This document shows, one piece after another, positions 11,184 through 21,830 of a stretch of DNA of 64,000 nt. Origin of the DNA: Nitrosarchaeum sp. (GTDB lineage Archaea > Thermoproteota > Nitrososphaeria > Nitrososphaerales > Nitrosopumilaceae). Every line of letters begins with the position of its first letter. The first letter of the stretch is position 1. The stretch spans positions 1,152,001 through 1,216,000 of the forward strand of contig OZ245020.1 in NCBI GenBank assembly GCA_965223865.1. The letters run 5' to 3'. The notes under the pieces are model-generated. The model was not told where the DNA came from, ran no database searches, and saw only the letters and a list, made by a program, of their open reading frames with translations. The position numbers were made by a program, and so were the translations under genes.

Positions 11184-12278
11184 TTACTGCTGTCGAATTA
11201 ATTTTTTGATACTTTGAGCGTTTGTATTAGTTGGATCTATACTTAATACAGTATCAAGCAAAAGTAAAGCATCATCATGTTCTCCAAGTTTAATCAATGC
11301 ATTTGCTTTTCCATTTAATGCATTAACATTATCATAAAGATTTAACACCCTGTCATACAAAATTATAGCTTTCTCATATTCTCCACTATCTACCAAAAGA
11401 TTACCTTGTCGTATGATCATGTTAATAAAATGAGACTCAATTGTATTAGAAACGTCTCTTGCAGTTTGAATTAATTTTACCGCTTCGTCATCTTGTCCAG
11501 TTTCTGATAAAACCAACGCCAAACCAAGTAACGCATCCAAATTATTAGCATCAATATTTAATGCTGTTCTATAATTTTGCTCAGCTTCATTCATTTGTCC
11601 TGCCTGAAAATATGAAAAAGCTAATCCATTATGTGATTCAACACGGAATGATTCAAGTCTTAAAGATTTTTGAAAGTTTTCTATGGCTTGGGAATAATTC
11701 CTCAAATTTGTATATGTGAATCCAAGCCCATTGTATGCATTTACATTATTTGTCGTAATATCAAGGGATTTCTGATAGTAATCTAATGCCTTATCATATT
11801 CTCCCAAATCCATATGGGCTACCCCCATACCATTGTGAGCATTTACATTGAATGGGTCAATGGATAATACTTTGGAATAATATTGCATTGCATCCTCCAA
11901 GAGATGTAGTTTCGATAAAGAGTATCCCATACCATTTAATGCACGAATATTGTTTTCGTTTTTTTCAAGAGTTATTTCATAAAGAATTACTAATTCACTA
12001 TAAAATCGATTAGTGGTAAATTCATCTCCATAATAGATTAATTCGTTTTCGGTTAACTCTCTTAATGATTCTATATCTTTGGTATCAATTTCATGAATAG
12101 ATTTAGGTTCATCATGTTTTCTTACATCCTCTACAACAATAGGAGGTTCAGTGTTAGAATAAAATAAAAAAATTGCAGTTATAGTAATAATTACAAAAAT
12201 AGAAATTCCAAATATTACATACAGATATGCAGATTTTTTTGGATTTTTAGATGATAGATCTTCTGAGGAATTAAACAT
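11184..12278 (-). CDS. membrane-anchored tetratricopeptide-repeat protein
   Basis: N-terminal TM helix, repeated A.NG.G...Y..AL.ID TPR units. Confidence 0.85.
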   Translation of the reverse strand: MFNSSEDLSSKNPKKSAYLYVIFGISIFVIITITAIFLFYSNTEPPIVVEDVRKHDEPKSIHEIDTKDIESLRELTENELIYYGDEFTTNRFYSELVILYEITLEKNENNIRALNGMGYSLSKLHLLEDAMQYYSKVLSIDPFNVNAHNGMGVAHMDLGEYDKALDYYQKSLDITTNNVNAYNGLGFTYTNLRNYSQAIENFQKSLRLESFRVESHNGLAFSYFQAGQMNEAEQNYRTALNIDANNLDALLGLALVLSETGQDDEAVKLIQTARDVSNTIESHFINMIIRQGNLLVDSGEYEKAIILYDRVLNLYDNVNALNGKANALIKLGEHDDALLLLDTVLSIDPTNTNAQSIKKLIRQQ

Positions 12279-12355
12279 GACAAATCTCCATTTTTACTAA
12301 GATGATTATCTCATCTTAACATTTTTCATGCCATTCAAAACTTTTTGATTTGAAT

Positions 12356-12766
12356 CTAGATATATCTGAAAATTGTTGGCTTGTCTGATTTTGGCAGGTT
12401 TGACACTAGTGCAAAATTGTATAGAGGATATGCTTTCTTGTATTGTTTCATGAAACTCCATGCCACATCATGTGTTTTGAATTTTGTTCTAATTCCATCA
12501 ATATTACTTTGTTTTCCAAATACATCAAAGACAACTACATTGTAATTTTTTGGACGGTTGTGAGGTTTTGCTTTTAGGAGCCATGCTAGTGCAAACAGAA
12601 ATACTGCTGCAAGAATAACATATTCTCCTGCAACTTTGAAAAATGCTGAAAATACCCCTGGTATGGTTTGGCCAAAAAGTACTGCCATGAAATTAGAAAA
12701 TGAGATTACTACTAATGCTGTAAAAATGTAGGTCTTCCAATCAAAGATTTTTGAAATATTTTTCAT
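12356..12766 (-). CDS. hypothetical membrane protein
   Basis: Two N-terminal TM helices, 136 aa. Confidence 0.7.
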   Translation of the reverse strand: MKNISKIFDWKTYIFTALVVISFSNFMAVLFGQTIPGVFSAFFKVAGEYVILAAVFLFALAWLLKAKPHNRPKNYNVVVFDVFGKQSNIDGIRTKFKTHDVAWSFMKQYKKAYPLYNFALVSNLPKSDKPTIFRYI

Positions 12767-12833
12767 TTAGGTAACTTTGTTAGTAGTTATTTTCTTTTAA
12801 CTATTTCCTATCTTTTTGAGGGATAACCGCTAA

Positions 12834-14005
12834 TCTAGTCTGGATCTTCGTAGTTTTCTTTCCTTTCATCGCTACTAGTACTTTCCATTGGTTTCATCTT
12901 GCTTTCAAGTACATCCATTCTTGCTCTATATCCTTCAGCATATTCTAACTCCGATGGAACAAGTGTTGCTGGATGTATGAATCCCTGACTTCTTATTGCC
13001 ATTGCCTTTTTAGTTGCATTCTCTCTTACGAGGTCCCAATCTGGAGTCGAGAATCCATCAAATGGACCAGTAAACTTTCCATTATGCATACTAAACACCA
13101 ATGCCTCTACAATTGGAATGCAAAAGTTGATTGTTGCAGCTGAATTTAGCTTTACAGGCATTAACGGCATATTGTGACTTCCTCTAGTGTTTCCTGCAAC
13201 ATAATGTGGATTGTTAAAGACACTGCCTACCTCTTCTGTTGCTGGGAATCTTTTCTGTGTCCTTACCATGCATATAGGATCATCTTTTCCTACGTATGTT
13301 CCTGCAATATTGTGTAATCTGTCAGTTGATGCTGCAAGAATTGGTTCTCCATCTTTGGTAGTAACTGAATCTACAACATATCTTCCAGGATACATCAATG
13401 CTGCTTCTAGTGTGGGTTTGTCTTGCCATAACTCAAGCTCTGCGATTTTGGCCTCTTCTACATCCATGATGTTTATTTTAACACCTCCTGCAAGATTCTT
13501 GTTTACAATTAATCCTGTGTTACTTAGTGCATCAACAAACATTCTATATATTGGATAATTAAATGCCCCTGGTTCAGTCTTGTCTGCTGCAAAAACTGTA
13601 AATGCTTCATTTGGTCTTTCTTCAAATTCCATCTCAGCAACTCCAGGTCCCATTCCTTTGACATTTCCTGAAAAAGAATCTTTTAGCAAATCTTGTCCTG
13701 CACCATACAAGCCTTCTTCTCTTGCAACTTGGGTTCCTGCCATAAATGCATCCCAAGCTAATTTGTGAATTTGTTGATTATCTACACCATGAGTGTGAGA
13801 CATGACAATGTGGACATCATCTCCACAATATCCGATATAATGATCGATTAGTAAATCTTCAGAATTTTTGATGGTGTTTCTAACTGCTTCAATTAGTCCA
13901 TCACTTGGTCTTGTATGACCTCCAACTCCACCTACGTCGGCTTTGATAACAGAAACTGTGATTTTCATAATATGCGTGTTTTTTTGCAGGGATTTATGTG
14001 TAATT
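12834..14005. repeat. 1172-bp direct repeat, left copy (fbp + 37 bp upstream)
   Basis: Matches 31587-32758 at constant offset 18753; no mismatch seen by eye; identical translations and identical antisense ORFs. Confidence 0.93.
12835..13968 (-). CDS. fbp: fructose-1,6-bisphosphate aldolase/phosphatase, copy 1
   Basis: IKADVGG.GGH, YGAGQDLL, DKTEPGAFN, YVGKDDP motifs. Confidence 0.97.
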   Translation of the reverse strand: MKITVSVIKADVGGVGGHTRPSDGLIEAVRNTIKNSEDLLIDHYIGYCGDDVHIVMSHTHGVDNQQIHKLAWDAFMAGTQVAREEGLYGAGQDLLKDSFSGNVKGMGPGVAEMEFEERPNEAFTVFAADKTEPGAFNYPIYRMFVDALSNTGLIVNKNLAGGVKINIMDVEEAKIAELELWQDKPTLEAALMYPGRYVVDSVTTKDGEPILAASTDRLHNIAGTYVGKDDPICMVRTQKRFPATEEVGSVFNNPHYVAGNTRGSHNMPLMPVKLNSAATINFCIPIVEALVFSMHNGKFTGPFDGFSTPDWDLVRENATKKAMAIRSQGFIHPATLVPSELEYAEGYRARMDVLESKMKPMESTSSDERKENYEDPD

Positions 14006-14219
14006 TTTTATTTTTCTATTAATTATTATCTCTGATATTGTGTGATCCTGAGATTTATTTTGTTATTTATCATGTGATCTAATGAACAACAAATAAACTC
14101 CAATTATTAGTATGGCAAGTGATGCTAAATTATGCATCATGCGATTTTCGTAGAAAAATCATCCTAATTACTAAGGCTGCTGTGAATTAATTAAATAATA
14201 ACTGTAAAATAAAATATTC

Positions 14220-14750
14220 ATGTCAAATAACAGTCAAAATTTTCCTACTCCTTTACGTGTCCTGATAATTGATGATAATCCTTTTCTTCTGAGAGTATTT
14301 GAAAAAATGTTGCGGATAAAAGGCTTTTTTGTATCTACAGAGACTACTAAAAAAGGGTTTACAACATCTTGAAAGTGATCTATATCATGTTGTATTTCTA
14401 GACATTCCCATAAATGGATATGATGAAAATCAAGTTTTAGATATACTTGAAGAAAACAAATCTTTAGAAAAATCATCCATACTTTTGCTTTCTTCTTTAG
14501 ATCTTAATGAAGAAAAACTAGAAAAATGGAAACAATCTGATTGTATTCCTATATCAAAAAACCAGTAAGACGTAATGTAATATTTGATATATTGAATGAT
14601 ATACATGCTCACACAGATTTTGATGAGCCAAAATTAGAGTTAGAAAAAGAAAAAACTGTTGCTAAACAAACCTCTCCAAAGAAAACCTCTCCAAAGAAAA
14701 CCTCTCCAAAGAAAACCTCTCCAAAGAAAACCACAAAAAGTAAAAAATAA
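14220..14750 (+). pseudogene. response-regulator receiver protein with basic (TSPKK)4 tail, two frameshifts (~14347, ~14539)
   Basis: Three frames give RVLIIDDNP / VVFLDIP...LLLSS / YIKKP, the ordered receiver motifs. Confidence 0.75.
14670..14729 (+). repeat. tandem repeat 4 x 15 bp ACCTCTCCAAAGAAA (encodes TSPKK)
   Basis: Read directly, four perfect units. Confidence 0.95.
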
Positions 14751-14860
14751 TCTTAAATTTTAAATGACTATGCTGGTTCTTGAGATAATGGATTCAATAG
14801 TGTTTGATTAGTGTATCTTAATTTCAATCACATTGGCATATGGAATATTTTTACTAAATT

Positions 14861-15562
14861 TTAGATCTTACCGAGCTTTTCCTTAAATTCCTTGTATGCT
14901 TTCTCATATGAAGGCATATCTCCTACATCTGTAAATCCTTTCTTAATCAAAAAGCTGTTTACTTTTTTCTTTTTTGACATTGCTTTTAGAATAACTTTGT
15001 CCATACCATAAGGTATGTTGTTTGGAATTAATGAGAATGTTTTTGGTTCCATAACATAACACCCTGTATTAATATTGGAGGTGATTTCTGGTTTCTCTCC
15101 CCATTTAGTGACAATGCCTTTTTTGTCAGTATCAATCACGCCATATGGCAAACGAAACTTATATTCATAAAGACACATAGTGATAAAGGATTTGCTTTTT
15201 TGATGCTTCTTTATCATACCTTTAAGATCGAAATTAAATATTGAATCACCATACATACAAACAAAACTATCGTCTATGAATTCCTCAGCACTTTTTAGCT
15301 GGCCAGCAGTAGCTAATGGCTTATTGGAAACTGCATACTCTATGTTAACTCCAAACTCTTCTCCGTCTTGAAAATAATCTTGAATATTTTTTCGTAAATA
15401 ACTCACACAAAGTACGATTGATTTTATGTTATTTTTTTTCAACCAATTAATTGAATGTTCTAATAATGGTTTATCTCCCAATGGAAGCATCGGCTTTGGA
15501 ACAAATAATGTATATGGCTGAAGTCTGGTTCCAAGACCTCCGGTCAAGATGACTGCTTTCAT
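14861..15562 (-). CDS. sugar-phosphate nucleotidyltransferase (NTP_transferase family)
   Basis: KAVILTGGLGTRL.P.T...PKPMLP, YGD, EKP motifs. Confidence 0.92.
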   Translation of the reverse strand: MKAVILTGGLGTRLQPYTLFVPKPMLPLGDKPLLEHSINWLKKNNIKSIVLCVSYLRKNIQDYFQDGEEFGVNIEYAVSNKPLATAGQLKSAEEFIDDSFVCMYGDSIFNFDLKGMIKKHQKSKSFITMCLYEYKFRLPYGVIDTDKKGIVTKWGEKPEITSNINTGCYVMEPKTFSLIPNNIPYGMDKVILKAMSKKKKVNSFLIKKGFTDVGDMPSYEKAYKEFKEKLGKI

Positions 15563-15814
15563 TATTCGATTTTTTTCCCAGAGTTATTTATGACTATGTA
15601 TTAAAGATCATGTAAAAAAATTTCTATACTATGATAATTTGATTATACTGTTCTAATTATTGTTTGAAATAATCGAAACTTTTCTAAAAATTTAATAATT
15701 ATGCGTGTTTAAGGCATCCATAGTATTTGTTTTAGTCACAAGTATACTTCTTGTTGTTAACTATATATGATAATTTTATTAATAACAACCTTCGCGTAAC
15801 TTAAGATTAACATA

Positions 15815-17581
15815 ATGTGTTCTATTCTAGGCCTATCCAGTGATCGTGACGTTGCACCAACAATTGTCGAGTCGTTAAAAAGAATGGAATATAGAGGATA
15901 CGATAGTGTAGGTGTAGCCATTAGAAGTGCTTCTGATATTCAGGTTAAGAAAGGAGTAGGAAAAGTTAAGGTTGTAAATGATAGCATTCACATGGATAAG
16001 ATAAGTGGTAATGCGGGCATTGGCCACACTAGATGGGCCACTCATGGAGGAGTTACTGTGGAAAATGCTCATCCACATCTATGTGAGACCGGCTCTATTG
16101 GAGTTGTGCATAATGGAATCATTGAAAATTATTCTGAACTAAGAGAAGATTTAGAAAAAAATCATAATATTGTATTCAAAAGCTCAACTGATACAGAGGT
16201 AATTCCTCATCTTTTACAAGTTAATTTACAAAAATCAAATGATATTAAAAAAGCTGTAATGGATACTGTGCATCAATTAAAAGGACATTATGCCTTTGTT
16301 GCACTTTTTAAAAGTGGTGAGATGGTTGGAGTTAGAAACCATGAGCCTCTTATATTGGGTATTGGTGATGGTAACAATTTATTGTTAACAAGTGATGTTG
16401 TTGGACTCCCAGAAAACATGACCTCTGTGATATATCTTGATAATAATCAGTTTGTCATTATAGATAAATCTAAATTCAAAATTCATTCTTTTGATGGTCA
16501 TGCTGCACAATACGCCATCAAGACATTACCAAAAAATTATCAAAAGATATCTAAAGGGTCGTATGATCACTTTACTATAAAAGAAATTTTTGAACAGCCT
16601 AATACAGTTCTTGTAGCTGGGGAAGGAGACGTTGGCTCTCTTGAAAAAATTGTAGACTCCATACGAGATTCCGACTTTGTATATGTCACAGGTAGTGGAA
16701 CAAGCTATCACATTTCAGTTATTGCAAAATATCTTTTTTCGCGATTTGCAGGAAAGAAAGTAGAGCATGTTATGGCAAGTGAGATGAAATATTCCTCTAG
16801 ATACATCATTCCAAATTCTACTCTTTTAGCAATATCTCAGAGTGGAGAAAGTGCAGACATTATTGAATCTGTGTCTATTGGAAAAAAGAAAAATGCAAAA
16901 ATACTATCAATGATAAACTCTAAAAATTCTTCTCTTGAAAGAGAATCTATGTTTTCAGTTGGGTTGAATTGTGGCCCTGAAATCGGTGTGGCTGCCACAA
17001 AAAGTTTTACTTCTCAAATGGCCATTCTGTATAAAATTGCCGATAAATTATGCGGTGGTTGTCTTGCTATTGATTTTAAAATCATTTCTGATGCTTATAC
17101 AAAAATTTTATCAAATACTTCTACTATCAAAGAACTGGCAAAATCTCTCAAAAACCTTCAAAGTCTTTTTGTTATTGGTAGGGGAATACACTACCCAATT
17201 GCAAAAGAGGGCGCTCTAAAAATTAAAGAAATTACATATGTCCATGCTGAAGGAATAGCTGGAGGAGAACTAAAACATGGCCCCCTGGCCTTGATGGATT
17301 CAGAAACTTATGTGATTGTAATTAATCCTGATGATGACTCGTATATGGATAACTTATCTAGCGTTAACGAAATTAAGGCTCGTAAAGCAAAAGTAATTGG
17401 AATCTCTAACAAAAAGGATCCTGCATATGACTATTGGATTGAAATTCCTACTATTCGTGAAGAACTTTATCCGTTAATCGAGATAATTCCACTACAGCTT
17501 ATTTCATATTACCTTGCTATAGAGAGAGGAATTGATCCTGATTATCCCAAAAATCTTGCAAAATCTGTGACCGTGAAATAA
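15815..17581 (+). CDS. glmS: glutamine--fructose-6-phosphate aminotransferase
   Basis: N-terminal Cys, EYRGYDS, GHTRWATHG, SQSGE, ELKHGP, C-terminal NLAKSVTV. Confidence 0.96.
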   Translation: MCSILGLSSDRDVAPTIVESLKRMEYRGYDSVGVAIRSASDIQVKKGVGKVKVVNDSIHMDKISGNAGIGHTRWATHGGVTVENAHPHLCETGSIGVVHNGIIENYSELREDLEKNHNIVFKSSTDTEVIPHLLQVNLQKSNDIKKAVMDTVHQLKGHYAFVALFKSGEMVGVRNHEPLILGIGDGNNLLLTSDVVGLPENMTSVIYLDNNQFVIIDKSKFKIHSFDGHAAQYAIKTLPKNYQKISKGSYDHFTIKEIFEQPNTVLVAGEGDVGSLEKIVDSIRDSDFVYVTGSGTSYHISVIAKYLFSRFAGKKVEHVMASEMKYSSRYIIPNSTLLAISQSGESADIIESVSIGKKKNAKILSMINSKNSSLERESMFSVGLNCGPEIGVAATKSFTSQMAILYKIADKLCGGCLAIDFKIISDAYTKILSNTSTIKELAKSLKNLQSLFVIGRGIHYPIAKEGALKIKEITYVHAEGIAGGELKHGPLALMDSETYVIVINPDDDSYMDNLSSVNEIKARKAKVIGISNKKDPAYDYWIEIPTIREELYPLIEIIPLQLISYYLAIERGIDPDYPKNLAKSVTVK

Positions 17582-17699
17582 TTTTATGGAAATTTAGTAC
17601 CACCTAAAATTTCTAATTTTAAGAACAAAAAGAAAGAGATAATAAGGAAATTCAAATCGGATCGAAATATTATGACTATTCCTGAATTCATACCTGGAG

Positions 17700-19307
17700 A
17701 TGACAATGACTGAAATTGTAGGCTCCTCTCCAACTGAAAAGTTTGTTGCCCAACTAGCTGACTTTGGAATCAACCCATCTAAAGTTCACAGAAACTTGAG
17801 CGTAGATGAGATGGTATCCTTAGCTGTTGATAGAAACGAAGGTGTGGTAAACTCTACAGGATCCCTTTCTGTAAACACTGGAAAATACACTGGCCGCTCA
17901 CCTGATGACAGATTTATCGTATATGATGATGTAACACATGACACCATAGACTGGGGTAAGGTAAACCACCAGTTCCCAACAGGAAAGTTTGAGAAAATAT
18001 TTGAAAAGATGAAAGACTTTGTAAACAACAAGGAATTATTTGTCTTTGATGGATTTGTCGGAGCTGACAAAGACAATCGCCTACCCATTAGAGTGATAAA
18101 TGATCATGTATGGCAGAATCTCTTTGCAAGAAATTTGTTTATTCGACCAACTGATGAAGAGCTAGAAAATCACGAACCAGAGTTTACTGTAATGTGTATC
18201 AATGACTTTAAGGCAATTCCAGAAGAGGATGGTACTGGAACTGATATCTTTATCTTAATTGATTTGACAAGAAAACTCGTACTCATTGGAGGAACACAAT
18301 ATGCCGGTGAGATGAAAAAGTCAATGTTTGGTGTAATGAACTTTCTACTTCCAGACAAGGGAGTATTTCCAATGCATTGCTCAGCTAACATTGGCAAAGA
18401 TGGTGATACTGCACTGTTCTTTGGACTATCAGGGACTGGTAAAACTACACTCTCAGCTGATCCAAACAGAAATCTGATTGGTGATGACGAACACGGATGG
18501 TCTGATAATGGAACCTTTAACTTTGAAGGAGGATGTTATGCAAAATGCATCAACCTAAGCCAAGAGGCAGAACCTGAAATCTGGAATGCAATAAAGCCTG
18601 GTGCAGTTTTAGAAAATGTTGTACTAAATGGTAATACTCCAGACTATGATGATAACACTCTAACTGAAAATACCCGTGTTGCATATCCACTTGATTACAT
18701 TCCAGGAGCTGTGATTCCATCAGTTGGTGGAAATCCCAAAGTTATCGTATTTCTAACTGCAGACGCACTAGGTGTCTTGCCACCAGTATCTAGATTAACC
18801 AAAGAAGGTGCAATGTTTCACTTTATGTCAGGTTATACGAGCAAACTAGCTGGAACCGAACGTGGAATAAAAGAGCCAAAGTCAGTATTCTCTGAATGCT
18901 TTGGCGCACCATTTATGCCAAGGCCAGCCTCAGTTTATGCCAAACTCTTAGGTGAGAAGATAAACCAACACAATACCGTAGTATACCTGATTAATACAGG
19001 ATGGTCTGGCGGCCCATACGGTGTTGGCAAGCGAGTCAAGATAAAGTATAGCAGAGCAATGGTAACTGCAGCACTTACTGGAGCACTAGATATTGTAAAG
19101 TATAGACATGATGATCTATTCAATGTAGATATTCCAACTGAAGTTCCTGATGTTCCCTCTGAAATTCTAGACCCAAGAAACACATGGACTGACAAGGACT
19201 CGTATGATCTTTCTGCAAGAAAGCTAGCTCAGATGTTCATTGAGAACTTTAAGAAATTTGAGAATGTCTCACCTGAAATTGTCAATGCTGGTCCCAAGAT
19301 GCTTTAG
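17700..19307 (+). CDS. pckA: phosphoenolpyruvate carboxykinase (ATP)
   Basis: TGRSP, YAGEMKK, GLSGTGKTT, LIGDDEHGW, NFEGGCYAK. Confidence 0.97.
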   Translation: MTMTEIVGSSPTEKFVAQLADFGINPSKVHRNLSVDEMVSLAVDRNEGVVNSTGSLSVNTGKYTGRSPDDRFIVYDDVTHDTIDWGKVNHQFPTGKFEKIFEKMKDFVNNKELFVFDGFVGADKDNRLPIRVINDHVWQNLFARNLFIRPTDEELENHEPEFTVMCINDFKAIPEEDGTGTDIFILIDLTRKLVLIGGTQYAGEMKKSMFGVMNFLLPDKGVFPMHCSANIGKDGDTALFFGLSGTGKTTLSADPNRNLIGDDEHGWSDNGTFNFEGGCYAKCINLSQEAEPEIWNAIKPGAVLENVVLNGNTPDYDDNTLTENTRVAYPLDYIPGAVIPSVGGNPKVIVFLTADALGVLPPVSRLTKEGAMFHFMSGYTSKLAGTERGIKEPKSVFSECFGAPFMPRPASVYAKLLGEKINQHNTVVYLINTGWSGGPYGVGKRVKIKYSRAMVTAALTGALDIVKYRHDDLFNVDIPTEVPDVPSEILDPRNTWTDKDSYDLSARKLAQMFIENFKKFENVSPEIVNAGPKML

Positions 19308-19611
19308 CTAAAGTTTGCTTTTCAAAAAAAAATAATTTAAAAAGATTTCATCTCCTGTTAAACTTGATTTTCAGTCAATAAAGTCATCAAGAAAATATTT
19401 TACAATGTGTTTTGAATTGATAAGTATACTTATTTTTCTTCATAGATATTTTCTGCTTTTTATCTTGTTTTTATTCCTAATTTAATTGAAATTTTTTCAC
19501 TCATAGAACATCTCATTTCTATACATTGTGATTAGTATCATGCGTAGCAAGAACATGGTTTGATGTATTTACAAAAATCTTTGGATATTGTTATCTTGGA
19601 AAAAACTGTTT

Positions 19612-20046
19612 CTAAATAATGTTGTTTTGATTGTGTATTACTTTAAAAATCTTTACAGTGTATTGCCCTTCAAAAATATTTATTACTTGTCCATTTTCAG
19701 TATCTATGTTTCTTATTCTAAACTTGTATTCATAAGACCCATCTCCTTTAACATCAACCTGAGTAAAGTGAACCGCATCTTCTCCTTTAAAGAATTGGAT
19801 GATCACAGGATATCTTTCTACAAAATCAGACGCTTTTCCATTAACTGAACCCCAAGGAAGTTTATTATCTTCAGGTATGATCATTGTGGTTATGGTCTTT
19901 TGAAGGCTAATTTCTTCGTTAATTGGAATAATAGTTGTAATATTTTCAGGTTTTTGTGTTTCAGCTTGTATTTCTAAAGGAAATATAATTATTGAAACTG
20001 ATACAACAATTACCATTATCAATAGACTTGACTTTAACATCTTCAT
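19612..20046 (-). CDS. hypothetical secreted protein
   Basis: Signal-peptide-like N-terminus; beta-rich 'QVDVKGDGSYEYKF...GQYTVKI'. Confidence 0.7.
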   Translation of the reverse strand: MKMLKSSLLIMVIVVSVSIIIFPLEIQAETQKPENITTIIPINEEISLQKTITTMIIPEDNKLPWGSVNGKASDFVERYPVIIQFFKGEDAVHFTQVDVKGDGSYEYKFRIRNIDTENGQVINIFEGQYTVKIFKVIHNQNNII

Positions 20047-20095
20047 CTTTTTTCATCAATAATAATTACTTAAAAAATTTATTATCAAATTGCAT

Positions 20096-20350
20096 TTAAT
20101 TGTTAAATTTTACAGTGAATTTGAATATTCCTCTTTCCAGATCAGAACAAGCCTTATGACTCCTTTTTTTGAATTTTTTACAATCTCTTTTCTTATTTTT
20201 ATTACCTTGCCACATTCTTACATTTGTCATTAAATTTTGTTTTTCTATGTTTAACTTATGTTGCTCTAAATTCAAGTAATTTTCTTGTTTCAAATTTTCA
20301 TTTGTTTTCTTTATTCTAACTAAATTAACTGAAATTGTAAACTCGAACAT
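20096..20350 (-). CDS. possible small hypothetical protein
   Basis: 84-aa Lys/Asn-rich ORF in very AT-rich DNA; no motif. Confidence 0.3.
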   Translation of the reverse strand: MFEFTISVNLVRIKKTNENLKQENYLNLEQHKLNIEKQNLMTNVRMWQGNKNKKRDCKKFKKRSHKACSDLERGIFKFTVKFNN

Positions 20351-20478
20351 TTTTAGTAACTTATTAGATTACTTCAATTTTTACAAAATATACTCTTTTA
20401 GATTATCTTATTGTTTTACTATAATTTCAAAGAATTGACTATCTTAAAGAATTTAACCAGGTAGATTATAGAAAGATC

Positions 20479-21687
20479 GTGAAGGTACTTACACTTGATG
20501 ATTTCGAACTGAAAGGAAAGACTGTCTTCCTACGTGTAGATATGAACTGTCCTATCGACTCAAACACAATGGAGATCTCTGGAACAAAGAGAATAGAAGA
20601 GGCAATTGAAACCTTAAATGACCTTGCTCAAGCAAAAGTTGTTATTGCATCTCATCAGGGCAGAGTAGGTAACAATGATTATACAGGCATGGATAAACAT
20701 GCGAAAGTTTTAGAAAAATTACTAAACAAAAAGATAAAGTATGTTGAAGATGTAATTGGACAGGCGGCTCAAAATGAGATAAAGAATTTGAAGGATGGTG
20801 AAATTTTACTTTTAGATAATCTTAGGTTATGTGCAGAAGAAAATTATGAATTCTCTCCAGAAGATGCAGCAAATACAATTATGGTAAAACGTCTTGCAAA
20901 TCTCTTTGATCTATGTGTTTTGGATTCTTTTCCCAGTGCTCACAGATCTCATCCTTCAATTGTTGGATTTCCACATGTTTTACCTGCTTGTGCGGGAAGA
21001 ATTGTAGAAAGAGAAGTAAAAAATCTTGATGAAATAATTACAGTTGCAAAAGCCCCTCATGTGATAGTTCTTGGTGGCTCAAAGGTTCCTGACAGACTAG
21101 AGGCAATCAAGATGCTTATTCAAACTGGAAGAGCAGATCATGTTCTCTTGACTGGATTAATAGGAAATGTGTTTATGCGTGCGCAAGCTAGAGTAAAATA
21201 CCCACTTGGGATAAAGCGAGAAGAAGAAGCTGTTGCCAAGGCCCACGCCTTAATTGGTGAGTATCCTGATGTGTTTTCCACTCCTGTAGATGTTGCAATT
21301 GATAAAGATGGAGAAAGAGTCAATCTGGATGTAAGAGATCTTCAAACAGGGGATAAAATATATGATTTAGGACCCAAGACTGTAGAACATTATTCTAAGA
21401 TTATTTCTAGTGCAGGGACTGTATTTATCAGTGGACCTGCTGGATTTTTTGAAAAAGAAAATTTCAGTTTTGGCACGCGAAGATTACTTGATGCTGTAGC
21501 CAATTCTATGGCAACTACTCTAGTAAGTGGAGGACATCTGACAACTGCACTAAAAGAACAAGGATTGGAAGAAAAAATCAATCACATTAGTACTGCTGGT
21601 GGTGCATTAGTTTTGTACTTAACAGGAGAAAAATTACCAATGATAAAAGCACTTGAAACCGCAGCTATAAAACACAGATCTAACTAA
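20479..21687 (+). CDS. pgk: phosphoglycerate kinase
   Basis: RVD.N.P, SHQGR, LGGSK, SGGH, HISTAGGA. Confidence 0.96.
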   Translation: MKVLTLDDFELKGKTVFLRVDMNCPIDSNTMEISGTKRIEEAIETLNDLAQAKVVIASHQGRVGNNDYTGMDKHAKVLEKLLNKKIKYVEDVIGQAAQNEIKNLKDGEILLLDNLRLCAEENYEFSPEDAANTIMVKRLANLFDLCVLDSFPSAHRSHPSIVGFPHVLPACAGRIVEREVKNLDEIITVAKAPHVIVLGGSKVPDRLEAIKMLIQTGRADHVLLTGLIGNVFMRAQARVKYPLGIKREEEAVAKAHALIGEYPDVFSTPVDVAIDKDGERVNLDVRDLQTGDKIYDLGPKTVEHYSKIISSAGTVFISGPAGFFEKENFSFGTRRLLDAVANSMATTLVSGGHLTTALKEQGLEEKINHISTAGGALVLYLTGEKLPMIKALETAAIKHRSN

Positions 21688-21830
21688 CAATTACAAGAAC
21701 AATGGAATCTGACTTGAAAATCACGGTCAAACTAGTGACAAAATTCTATGAAATAGCATGTAATCTGAATCCTAGAAAGAATTTAACAGAAAGCCTGTTA
21801 AGTGAGATGGCATAACTATAGTTAACTTAC

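Noticed and set aside
13211-13768. Antisense ORFs over fbp (also 31964-32521) and similar short shadow ORFs over other long genes
   Set aside because: Opposite-strand or off-frame shadows of well-supported genes, no motifs
14670-14729. Short repeat array as possible CRISPR
   Set aside because: 15-bp units with no spacers, in frame within a coding tail; no cas genes in the window
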